Translations under genes and position numbers: made by a program
Shown: piece by piece, positions 8,766 through 18,300 of the stretch
Layout: each line of letters opens with the position of its first letter
How positions within the stretch are numbered: position 1 is the stretch's first letter
Assembly: GCA_029258885.1 (NCBI GenBank)
Contig: JAPDJW010000008.1
Span: forward strand, 1-23,501
Direction: 5' to 3'
Length of the DNA stretch: 23,501 bases
Source of the DNA: Thermoproteota archaeon
GTDB taxonomy: Archaea > Thermoproteota > Thermoprotei > Thermofilales > B9-G17
Notes under the pieces: generated by a model
Told to the model about the DNA's origin: nothing
The model's input: the letters and a program-made list of their open reading frames with translations, nothing else
The model's database searches: none

Positions 8766-10628
8766 ATGTCATTCAACCTTGAAGAATACCTACCATATGG
8801 CAGGTGGAGGAGGGGTCAGAGAAACCTAGCTAAAGAGGTTTTTAGGACAGTTGTTAATGGAGAATTGCTTTTAGCCGAATATCCCACTGGTGCTGGGAAA
8901 ACTATTGCATCGATAATTGGCGTACTTAAGGCTATCAGGGAACTTGGCGGCGGATATAAGGTTTTCTATCTAGCTAAAACTAAGAACCAGGCTCTTCAGC
9001 CGTTTAAGGAGCTTAAGAAGCTCAGAAATAAGGGTATAGACGTTAACTTCATCTTCTTTAGGAATAAGAAGGACATGTGCGGCTTTAAACATAGGATGAG
9101 CTATGATGAATTCATCTATACATGTAACATCTATAGGAAGGAGGGGCTCTGTAGCTTCTACAAGAAGACACTTAAAGAGGATAGTGAGCACTTCAAGGCT
9201 CTGCTTGATACAGCCGAGGATCCAATGCATTTTATATCGTTGACTAGGGAGAATGGATTATGCCCCTACGAGGTTGCCAGAGCCCTAGCGGGGGACGCGG
9301 AGTTTATTATAGGCGCCTACCAATACATCTTTAACCACGAGATAAGGGACGTTTTCCTCGGGAGCCTTAACTTGGATTTAAACGATATAGTATTGATTAT
9401 AGATGAAGCCCACAATCTCCCAGACATACTCTCGGACATGTATAGCTACTCCATAAACGAGATAACTATAAGGGCAGCTAAGAAGGAGGTACGCAAATAC
9501 GGCGGATGGAGGGAATCGCTGGACTTTCTAACCAAGCTATTATCCCTCATTCAGGGCTTTAAAGTTCAGACTAAGAGGCTCGGCTGGATTGAGGTAAATC
9601 CTTCCCTTCTGCTATCAATAGCGCCTGAAACTGAGGTACTTAACGAGACACTGCTTAATATACTTAGGCAGAAAGGCTTTGAAGCTCCCTCGAAGTCCTA
9701 CTTCTACAGGATACATAAATTCATTTTAAAGCTTAAAGCATATAACCTAGGCTATACTTTGGTTATTCGATCAAGAGAGGATATACTTACGCTGGATTTA
9801 ATATGCTTCGACGTGTCTAGAGAAGTATCAAGGATCTTTAATAATGTGCATTCAGCAGTACTCATGAGTGGAACGCTTCAACCAAGGGAATACATTTCCA
9901 GCATACTAGGTATAAATCCAAATAAAATAAGAGAGTTTAGGATTCCCAGAATATTTCCTGTTGAGAACTGGCTTGTTTACGTGGCTACAGACGTAACCTC
10001 AAAGTATAGTGAGCGGGGGGATTATATGTATAGGAAGATTGCGGAGTATATTAACGTCATTGATAGAGGAGTAGGTGAGAAGTGTGTTAGGTTGGTTGTT
10101 TTTCCATCCTATGATCTAATGAAAGCTATAATGCCGTACATCGAATCTAGGGAAATGATAATTGAACGTGAGGATACGAGTATATCGGAAGTTATTAGGA
10201 AAATTAGGGATATGGATAGACCGTTAATCCTCTCTGTTGCCGGCGGGAAATTGATGGAGGGCATAGAAATAAGGCATGGAAGAAGGAGCTTGATAAGAGT
10301 TGTTGTAGTAGCTGGTCTGCCTTTCCCTGAACCAAGCATATATAGTAGCAAACTTATAGACGTTCTTGCGGCTAGGCTTAAAAGTAAGGATAAAGCCTGG
10401 CAGTTTGTCTTTGTTGTTCCAGCTGTAATTAGGGTTAGACAATCGGCTGGTCGTGCGGTTAGGTCTGATAAAGATAGGGTAGTAGTATTTGTCTTAGATA
10501 AGCGTATGCTTAATGAGAAAGTACGTAAGTACCTTAGCTTGGAGTTTTCCAATCCGAGGATAGTTAATGGGATTCAAAACTTGGAGAGAGAGTTTGCTTT
10601 TATTAACGAGTTTTTATCGCACAACTAG
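8766..10628 (+). CDS. xpd: XPD/Rad3/DinG-family Fe-S SF2 DNA helicase
   Basis: Q motif (RRGQ), Walker A PTGAGKT, four Fe-S cysteines (DMC, YTC, GLCSF, GLCPY), DEAH, SGT, EGIE, GLPFP and QSAGRAVR. Confidence 0.93.
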   Translation: MSFNLEEYLPYGRWRRGQRNLAKEVFRTVVNGELLLAEYPTGAGKTIASIIGVLKAIRELGGGYKVFYLAKTKNQALQPFKELKKLRNKGIDVNFIFFRNKKDMCGFKHRMSYDEFIYTCNIYRKEGLCSFYKKTLKEDSEHFKALLDTAEDPMHFISLTRENGLCPYEVARALAGDAEFIIGAYQYIFNHEIRDVFLGSLNLDLNDIVLIIDEAHNLPDILSDMYSYSINEITIRAAKKEVRKYGGWRESLDFLTKLLSLIQGFKVQTKRLGWIEVNPSLLLSIAPETEVLNETLLNILRQKGFEAPSKSYFYRIHKFILKLKAYNLGYTLVIRSREDILTLDLICFDVSREVSRIFNNVHSAVLMSGTLQPREYISSILGINPNKIREFRIPRIFPVENWLVYVATDVTSKYSERGDYMYRKIAEYINVIDRGVGEKCVRLVVFPSYDLMKAIMPYIESREMIIEREDTSISEVIRKIRDMDRPLILSVAGGKLMEGIEIRHGRRSLIRVVVVAGLPFPEPSIYSSKLIDVLAARLKSKDKAWQFVFVVPAVIRVRQSAGRAVRSDKDRVVVFVLDKRMLNEKVRKYLSLEFSNPRIVNGIQNLEREFAFINEFLSHN

Positions 10629-10670
10629 CCATTTTTAATAATCAAAATTGCATTTTTCATTTATTGATAA

Positions 10671-10689
10671 TGATAAAGTATATTTATCA
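10671..10689. promoter_or_regulatory. Inverted repeat TGATAAA-GTATA-TTTATCA, candidate operator
   Basis: Perfect 7-bp arms with a 5-bp spacer, ending 42 nt upstream of the wHTH gene ATG and overlapping the TATA-like AT tract. Confidence 0.5.
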
Positions 10690-10731
10690 CAACATCGTTA
10701 TTTACATCAGTTAATTTAGCGGGGTGATGGA

Positions 10732-11001
10732 ATGGGAAGGAAAAGGACTAAGGAAATGATTGAACGTGCAAAGCTGGTGTACAGTGTCCTAATGGAGAAT
10801 AAGGGCAGGGATATTCCAACGAAGGATCTGCTGTTCAGGATTATAAAGATAGACCCCGCTATTGACTACTCAATGCTCTATCAAGCCCTAAGAATACTTA
10901 GGGATAAAGGATTCATAATGCAGAAATATAGGGGGAAAGTGTCGTGCTGGACTATCGCTAAAGAGGCATCAGTATCTGAGCTGGAGATGAAGCTATCCTA
11001 G
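10732..11001 (+). CDS. Small winged helix-turn-helix protein
   Basis: 89 aa. Helix-helix-helix (YSMLYQALRILRDKGFI) followed by a beta-hairpin wing ending in CWTI. GGTGA RBS at 10723-10727. Confidence 0.75.
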   Translation: MGRKRTKEMIERAKLVYSVLMENKGRDIPTKDLLFRIIKIDPAIDYSMLYQALRILRDKGFIMQKYRGKVSCWTIAKEASVSELEMKLS

Positions 11002-11006
11002 GGCTT

Positions 11007-11612
11007 CTAGGGCATTTCAATATTCGCATGTCTATCCTCAAGTTCTTTTTCACTTATTCCCATTCTCTTCATCAATAATACTATTAGGCTATCTAGGAAA
11101 GCCATAGCCGTATTCTCAAATAATGTTCCCAAAGGCGCCAGTGGCTCATGCAGGCCCATTATCTGCCTAGCTATAAAGTCCGACTCCTTTGATACCTTCG
11201 TACGTCCAGGAATGTAGACCACGTGATCAGCCATTCTGCCTAACGGTGAGTCCGGATATGAGGTTACGGCTATAACCTTAGCCCCAAGCTTCTTAGCGAC
11301 TTCAGCTGCAACGACCACCAGGTGTGTTCTGCCTGAACCCGATATCGCTATTATGACGTCGCCCTCCCTTATAGGAGGAGTAATTGTCTCGCCCACTACG
11401 TAAACTGTAAATCCTAGGTGCATTAGCCTCATAGCAAAGGCTCTGCCGACGAGACCTGATCTTCCAGCCCCAAGTATTAGTATTTTTCTCCCAGTTTTCT
11501 TCGCATTTATCAGGATATCTATCATTCTCTCAACTTGCTCTCCGCTTAGAATATTCGATACATGGACTATGTATTCTCCGAGCTCCTTCATCACCTTGTT
11601 GATTTCACTCAA
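11007..11612 (-). CDS. hxlB: 6-phospho-3-hexuloisomerase (SIS domain)
   Basis: ILILGAGRSGLVGRAFAMRLMHLG, VGETITP, AISGSGRT, APLGTLFE and HANIE. GGTGA RBS at 11617-11621 before the TTG. Confidence 0.95.
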   Translation of the reverse strand: MSEINKVMKELGEYIVHVSNILSGEQVERMIDILINAKKTGRKILILGAGRSGLVGRAFAMRLMHLGFTVYVVGETITPPIREGDVIIAISGSGRTHLVVVAAEVAKKLGAKVIAVTSYPDSPLGRMADHVVYIPGRTKVSKESDFIARQIMGLHEPLAPLGTLFENTAMAFLDSLIVLLMKRMGISEKELEDRHANIEMP

Positions 11613-11728
11613 GCAATCACCAATTTAGAAATCGAGGATATAAAATATATTGGTTTTCCTGATAATATATAGTGAGCACAACATTATATATCGCTAAAAA
11701 GAGTTCTATAAATAATTAAGGGGGAACA

Positions 11729-12034
11729 ATGGATCCGGTACATAAGCTCTTCCGTAAGGCCGAGAGAATTATAAGTGAAGGCAGGGTAGTTAGAATAAGC
11801 CCCTACATGTTCTACGTTATAGGCGACCACGGCAAATACTTCGTCTACGTCGATAAATCGAAAGTTAAATGCCTGTGTCCAGGCTATAGGAAAAGAGGTT
11901 ACTGCTCCCACTCAATTTCTGTCCTACTGATTCTGCTTAGAAAAGAGTATAGAGAAGCCCTAGAGAAAGGGCTTAGGGATAGGCTTGAACACCAACTCGA
12001 ACTGATTAAGGCCGGTAGGATACATCCAAGATGA
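11729..12034 (+). CDS. SWIM zinc-finger protein
   Basis: CxC-x7-CxH motif (CLCPGYRKRGYCSH) preceded by beta strands, in 101 aa. Confidence 0.85.
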   Translation: MDPVHKLFRKAERIISEGRVVRISPYMFYVIGDHGKYFVYVDKSKVKCLCPGYRKRGYCSHSISVLLILLRKEYREALEKGLRDRLEHQLELIKAGRIHPR

Positions 12035-12831
12035 GGAAGATTATTGTTATAGCTACCCCGCACATCCCGTTCTATTACAGGTACACCGCTAGACTAGCTT
12101 TGAAATACATAGCATTAGGCTTCGACACCATATATCTGAGCTATCCAGAGGAGTTGGATGAACTTATCCCAAAGTATATCATTGGAGCACTAAACTTTAA
12201 TGAGATCATGAAGGCTATAGTGGGCAAGCTGACCGATATATACCATAAGCTTTTCCTAAGGATAAAATACTTCCTCGATGCGTTAAAGGAGGCGGGAGCA
12301 TACAACGTAGCTATTAGAGGATACCTGACAGCCGACGCCGTTATAGATCATCTTAAGGGACTCAACAAGCTTCTGCTCCTTACCGCTAGGGCGGCATCGA
12401 TAGGTAGAATTGACAACACAAGACTGATAGAAGCATTGAAGGAGTTAGAATATGCTGGTAATAGGCTAATGGATACGATAGCCGAGAATCTTTCCCACAA
12501 GCTACGTCCAAACTCCATGCTTATCCTAGATAGATCGCTTGAAGAAGTAGCTGATATAGCCTGCAGGGAATATATGGTTCAAAGGATTAAGATATCGCCC
12601 TACATCGAAACTCCTATCGAACACCTACTTAGGGCGTTCAGAGAACATGCTGATGTTGATACACTGGAGAGAATCTTCATAGAGCACGTAGAGTACATAT
12701 CGAAATACATTCTAACGTCTGGAGATCTGGACGAGGCATATTTAAGGTGGGTTAGGGATCGGTGTTTGAGGACAGGTAGGCTTGAGGAATATAAGAGGAT
12801 ACTGAAGATTTTCAATGAAGCCTGGATGTAG
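12031..12831 (+). CDS. Conserved-looking hypothetical protein (266 aa)
   Basis: ATGA overlap with the SWIM gene and normal protein composition. No motif that I can name with confidence. Confidence 0.8.
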   Translation: MRKIIVIATPHIPFYYRYTARLALKYIALGFDTIYLSYPEELDELIPKYIIGALNFNEIMKAIVGKLTDIYHKLFLRIKYFLDALKEAGAYNVAIRGYLTADAVIDHLKGLNKLLLLTARAASIGRIDNTRLIEALKELEYAGNRLMDTIAENLSHKLRPNSMLILDRSLEEVADIACREYMVQRIKISPYIETPIEHLLRAFREHADVDTLERIFIEHVEYISKYILTSGDLDEAYLRWVRDRCLRTGRLEEYKRILKIFNEAWM

Positions 12832-12838
12832 ATTCTGC

Positions 12839-12887
12839 TCAGCACCTTACCGTATCATCATTATCAGGATGAGAGGAGGCTCATCAC
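12839..12887 (-). ncRNA. Box C/D guide sRNA (2'-O-methylation guide)
   Basis: The minus strand reads C box GTGATGA, 13-nt guide GCCTCCTCTCATC, D' CTGA, TA, C' ATGATGA, 12-nt guide TACGGTAAGGTG, D CTGA. All four boxes are perfect consensus with canonical spacing, in an intergenic gap. Confidence 0.9.
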
Positions 12888-12952
12888 CATCAATTGTATT
12901 TAATGTCAAAGATATATGTTCATATATATCTCCGATTAAAACTTATTATCCG

Positions 12953-13207
12953 ATGTCTGATAAAAGTTTATTCTGAAAGTAGGATCTACACTACATCCGA
13001 GATAAGAAACTCACTAACATTGAACTCGGAGGAAAATAATTGCAGTAGTATCAGGCGATAAGTTAATCCTGAAAGCAAAGCCTACAGTATTAAGTCTATT
13101 TAAAAAAGCCCTATATCTCCCGTCCAGTATCAGTAGAGGAGATTAAGAAAAGTAGGGGAGAGATGCTGAAAATGAATGGAGAAGTAATTTTCAGTAAATA
13201 TAGCTAA
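12953..13207 (+). pseudogene. Frameshifted AbrB/MazE-type antitoxin remnant
   Basis: Three frames joined give IKVYSESRIYTTSEIRNSLTLNSE / KIIAVVSGDKLILKAKPTVLSLFK / KPYISRPVSVEEIKKSRGEMLK, which follows the AbrB pattern (KVDxKGRIxIPxEIRxxLxL...xxDKLIL). Shifts fall at A-runs near 13033 and 13102, and ATG 12953 is out of frame. Confidence 0.6.
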
Positions 13208-13289
13208 TTGGAGACAATACATTAACCTATTTAATTACGGTCACAGCCTAGAAGTTTAAACCAAAGTTGATGTAAAATAAATGGGGGTA

Positions 13290-14327
13290 TTAATGTTCTG
13301 TTCTAGGGAGCTCTATTACCGACCCACAATATTCGCAGGTTATTGAGTAGGCTTCTATAGGCCTCCTGACGGGTGCTCCACAGTATGGACACTTTATTAC
13401 TTCAGGCCTCGTAACCGCTATGGATATGCTTATCTTCTCCTGCCCTATATCGCCTCTAATTATCCTATTGATTGTCGAAATAAAACTCTTAATCTCTGCG
13501 TCCTTAAGGTCAAATATCAGCTGCCTGCCGTCTCTCAGGTTAACGTATACTCCCTTCCACTCAAACAGACCCACCCTACCCTCGCTTACTTGAGTTATCT
13601 CGCTAACAGGCACATTTACTATAAGGTTCTTCACAAGCTTCTTCTTAACTGCTATGAATAGAACTTTTTTAACGGGAACTTCCTTATGCTCCTCAAACAG
13701 CAGACGTCTATCAGTTAGGAGTATATAGCCCTTAAGCTTCTCCTCCATCATAAGCTTAGCCTTATAGCATTCAACAAGGTGCTCGCCCTCACTTAGGTTG
13801 AATGAAGCAGACTGAAGCAGATTTAGATCTCTGATTATCCGGTTGACCTCATTATTTATGCTCTCAAAACTCCTATCCAGTCCACTTAGCATCCCTTCTA
13901 CTCTTGAGATATCCTGACTTATCCTCATCTCGACTCTATTGAACTCTGACTCGAGAAAGTTAAGCTCTGAAGTAAAGTAGTCTACGCTGGAGGGATCCAC
14001 TGAATAATACACCCTATCCACCTTGCTCTTAAACGCCGCTATCTCAGGTAGGTGGCTCCCCTTAATAGCGTTTGAAATAGCTATGTATTCGTGCCTAAAC
14101 CTCATCCATTGCTCAGTTAATTTTTCGAGATCCTCCTCCAGATGCTTCTTAAAGACATAGCCCCTCCTTCTAACGTCCTTAAGCTTAAGCGGTAAGTTAA
14201 TGGAATATTCGTCAAGCTTAAGCGCAATATCCAGAACATTGTTAAGCCTAGATTCGAGGCTAATAACTCTATTCCTAAGCTCCTCAGCCCTGCGCCTAAT
14301 CTCCTCAACCCTATCTTCCTGAGACAT
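13290..14327 (-). CDS. Hypothetical protein: long helical/coiled-coil N-terminus, PH-like beta domain, C-terminal zinc ribbon
   Basis: Heptad-like helical N-half; GYILLTDRRLLFE...NVPVSEITQV...VYVNLRDGRQLIF...IKSFISTINRII resembles PH/GRAM folds; C-terminal CPYCGAP...CEYCGS. Confidence 0.75.
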   Translation of the reverse strand: MSQEDRVEEIRRRAEELRNRVISLESRLNNVLDIALKLDEYSINLPLKLKDVRRRGYVFKKHLEEDLEKLTEQWMRFRHEYIAISNAIKGSHLPEIAAFKSKVDRVYYSVDPSSVDYFTSELNFLESEFNRVEMRISQDISRVEGMLSGLDRSFESINNEVNRIIRDLNLLQSASFNLSEGEHLVECYKAKLMMEEKLKGYILLTDRRLLFEEHKEVPVKKVLFIAVKKKLVKNLIVNVPVSEITQVSEGRVGLFEWKGVYVNLRDGRQLIFDLKDAEIKSFISTINRIIRGDIGQEKISISIAVTRPEVIKCPYCGAPVRRPIEAYSITCEYCGSVIELPRTEH

Positions 14328-14447
14328 ATCTCCTCAACAATACAATATAAAACCTACAACTAATATCTTTATGTACGGAATTTAAATAATCGATCATATG
14401 ACTACACGTAGGTTAAAAGTTAAATTGTCTAAAATTATGTTTACTCT

Positions 14448-15242
14448 GTGGCGGCTGATAAATTGAGGGACGTTGAGGCTAGGATAGCTGGATGGAAGGA
14501 TTTAAGTCTAGTTGATGTAATCGATCATACATCGTTTACAGTCTGGTTTTCTGGGTGTAACTTTAGGTGCCCGTGGTGTTCGAATACTAGGATAGCTGAT
14601 GGGCTAGATTATAGGGTAGTGAAGGTTGGGGAGATAGTTGACGCCATCAAGGAAGAGGGGGGATTCGCTGAATATCTGCACGTTACTGGAGGAGAACCTA
14701 CGCTTCAGCCTGATGCCCTTAAAGCATTATTTAAGTTGAATAGGAGTGAGACTGACTTATTAAATAGTTTAAGTACGAACGGCTCAATGCCTGAGGTGAT
14801 TAGGGAGCTCTGTGTAGGTGGTTTGCTCGATCATATTGCTATAGATTTTAAGGCTCCAGCTAGAGGGGACGTGTACGGCAGGGTTATAGGACTAGAGAAC
14901 GCTGAACAATTGGTTCACAGGGTTTTGGATTCGATAAGAATTTCATGTAAATATGTGAGGTTTATAGAGATTAGAACTACATTTGTTCCGATACTCTTAG
15001 GTAGAGAAGATGTGCTTGAAATTTCGGATACTCTACGCGAGGTATGTCGTGGTTTCAGTGGCAGGCTTGTGTACGTCGTACAGCAGTATATTCCATATGA
15101 GACGGTTAGGGAGGAGCTCTACAGAAAACAGCCTAGAACAAATCCTGAAATACTGCTGGAGATAGCTAGGGAGGTACATAAAAGAAGTGGAATTGAAACC
15201 TATGTTAGGGCACTTGAACTGGGAACCGTAAGGATATCATAG
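14448..15242 (+). CDS. nrdG: Radical SAM glycyl-radical activating enzyme, anaerobic ribonucleotide reductase activase (NrdG)-like
   Basis: GWKDLSLVD, FSGCNFRCPWCSN (CxxxCxxC), TGGEPTLQ, STNGS, IAIDFKAP and EIRTTFVP. Confidence 0.8.
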   Translation: MAADKLRDVEARIAGWKDLSLVDVIDHTSFTVWFSGCNFRCPWCSNTRIADGLDYRVVKVGEIVDAIKEEGGFAEYLHVTGGEPTLQPDALKALFKLNRSETDLLNSLSTNGSMPEVIRELCVGGLLDHIAIDFKAPARGDVYGRVIGLENAEQLVHRVLDSIRISCKYVRFIEIRTTFVPILLGREDVLEISDTLREVCRGFSGRLVYVVQQYIPYETVREELYRKQPRTNPEILLEIAREVHKRSGIETYVRALELGTVRIS

Positions 15243-15300
15243 TCGAACACAACCATTATAATACCGTTTATACTACTAAATGCTGTTCAAGGTGGTGAAT

Positions 15301-18300
15301 ATGCAGGCTTACAGGCTTGTACTATTCATGCTATCGCTAGCCCTACTAGTACTCGCTGTTAAAGTTAACGCTAGGCCCAACGACGTTATCCTTGCCTACA
15401 ACTATACGTCGACTCTACAGCCGCTTCAGTCACCAGTATTTGAGACTGAACACTTCAGGTTTTACTACGACACCAACGAAGTATCTCAATCCTATGCCCT
15501 AAGCGTTGCAAACGGATTGGAAGGCGCCTGGTCGGTAATGATAGATACATACGGCTTTAGGGCTCCGCAGTCAGCCGACGGCCTGCCTAAGATAAGGGTT
15601 GAAATAAAGGATCTACCCAGCGGAATAGCCGGAAGAACCTACGCTGTCTCCGTAAACGGCCAGTGGATGGTATCTAAAATAGAAATTGATACTGGTTTAT
15701 CGGCCTCCTATATTAAATCGACTACTGCCCATGAGTTTTTCCATTGCGTGCAGGCTGCACATAATGTTATTGATGAGAACGACTGGATAGTGGAGGGCTC
15801 TGCAGTGGCGGCGGAGGAATTTACCTATAGCGATGCGGACGATTATATTTATTGGATTAACAAGTTCATGGCTGCTCCTGATGCCGATTTAACTTCGAGA
15901 AGCTATGATGCCGCTTTATTTTGGGTTTATGTCTGGGAGTTTACCGGGGGTGCAGGGAAGATGAAAGCTATTTTCTCCGCGCTTGAAACCGGGAATGGGC
16001 TTCCAGCCGTTAAATCGGCCTATGGAGGCGACTCAGGTTTTGATAACATGATAGCCGAGTTTTGTGAGACGAACTTCTTTAAGGAAAGATACCACGATGG
16101 AAGCAAATATAGTGGAATAAGCAGGATTACCGCAACCTATACTGGCTCGCTGATAAAGTGGAGCCAGAGTGTGAGCAGCTACGCCGCTGATTACTACGTC
16201 ATATATCCCAGGTTCAGCAATTTAAAGATAACTTTCGATGGTAGCGACTATGGATCATTTAAAGTGAAGGCATACCTTATCGGAGACACAGTAACCGAGG
16301 AGGATATACCTCTATTTGCTGGTAACAAAGGCAGTCTAGAGATAACTCAAGCCGATAGCTATAGTCAAATAATGATCATGATCGTCAACACATATGAGGC
16401 GAAGTTAAACTATAAACTTATGGTGGGATATTCCAAGCGCTTCACCTTAAATCCTCTAAACAATACCTCAATCAAAGTAAACATCGGCTCGGATGTTAAG
16501 TTGGCCTTCAAACTAACGAACGTTGGAAGCGAAGGAGATTGGATAAAGATATCAGCTGGAGTATCTAATAGGAACTTTAGCTTCAAGATTTACTTTAACG
16601 GGGAGCAGGTGGATCTCCCCTACGACATCTACCTGAATCCCGGAGAAGCGGCGATTTTTACCGTTGAAGTCGACACCCCCTTCAATGTGTCAATAACCAG
16701 ATTAACAGTTACCGCTACGGGCTCTGAAATGAGCAGAAGCATTAGATTTATCATAGCTTCTACGGGCCTCCTGGTTGAGGCACTGGGATATAAGCCGCTT
16801 GTGAACCTAGGGGAGGAATTAAATATGTCAATAAGGCTAGTTTACGCCCATAATAGGGAACCTATTCCTGAAGGTTCCGTGTTCATAAACGGTACAACGT
16901 ATACGTGCGATAAACATGGATGTGTGAACCTAACGCTTAGGGGCAGAGATTTTGAGACAGTATTTCTTGTAGCCTACGGTTTAAGCGATGGCGAAGAGAT
17001 AACGTATAGAGTGAATACGCTCAATTTAACGGTGTCTTGGACTAAAATGGGTTTAATGAACGTAAGCTATGGTCCGCTTACACTAAACTTCTCCACGCCA
17101 TTAACTATCAGGTTTAGGCCATACTATATGCACGACGGCACGCCGATAAGGCACGGCGTAATTCTAGTAAACGATAGCAGGATAGAGTTTAGTTTGGCGA
17201 ATGATGGCTACGCATACGTTCAATATCTACCTAAGCTCATCGGGAGGTTCCTAGTAGTATATACGCTCGTACTGGATGAGACGGGATACGTTACTCTCGG
17301 AGAAGGAGGCAATGTAACGGTTCTGTGGACCGGGATAAATATAAGCGGCATAATCGATAGGACGTTTGTAAACGTTAATGATACGGTTACGCTCAATGTG
17401 GAGGCTAGGTGGGCTCATAATGGGAGCCTAATAGCGCCGTGTACTATCGAAGTTTTATGGATAAATCGTACAACCTATACCCTCAACAACGGAACACTCA
17501 GGATAAGCCTCACGAACAATGAACCCGAGGAAGTTCAGGTTAGAGTGCTTGGCGTAAAAGCACCATACAATATAACAGAGACCATAAGGGACTTTAACCT
17601 TAAGGTGACATGGACCGGCTTCCATCTAATTCTCGAAAGCCTAAATAAGCCCGTCTACAATAGGGGCGAGGAGGCACATATAGAATACAGGCTAGTATAT
17701 GCGCATAACGGTAGCCCTGTAGGAGAGGCATACGTTAAACTGAACGTATTAAATAAGACAATTAAAGTGGTTAACGGAAGGTTTACGTTGAAACTTAAGT
17801 TTAACGATGATAGAGAGATACATATTACTCCGGAGAGTATAGAGGACAAGTATGGTATAAGAGCTATAGTAAGCTTCAGCAGGTTAGCTATTGCATGGAC
17901 TCACATGATCGTATCTCAAGTCGTGGTTGAGCCGCCTTATCCGGCTGTAAATACTACGGTTAAAATCCGTGTTAGAATAGATTATGCTCACAACAGCTCC
18001 CCAGTGCCGTATGCCATCGTATCCTTCGTGAATAGCACTGGAAAGACTGATGAGAATGGATGGGTGTCTTTCAGCATTCAGGAGAAGGACTATGGTAGCC
18101 ATGTATACGAGGTTAAGCCCTTAATAGGGCCGTATAATTTGACGGATTCAAGCCCCAGATTAATCGAGGTAGTGTGGGTTTCACCTTTAATGAAATCCCT
18201 ATATAGCGGCATTGCGTCGATAGGGCAGCAGGGCTATAACGTTACGCTCGCATTGAGAAAGTGGAGTGAAGCCTTAGCAGCTATAAACCAGAAGGATGTT

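Noticed and set aside
8410-10552. Minus-strand ORFs 8410-8772, 8970-9230, 10109-10552 and 10224-10442
   Set aside because: Antisense to the confidently identified Lrp and XPD genes, with no motifs.
10997-11011. CCTAG-GGCTT-CTAGG hairpin between the convergent wHTH and hxlB genes
   Set aside because: The symmetry mostly comes from the two facing TAG stop codons. It is too short and has no U-tract.
12600-12845. 81-aa minus-strand ORF starting at the sRNA D box
   Set aside because: Antisense to the 266-aa gene, and its GTG is part of the sRNA guide/D-box sequence.
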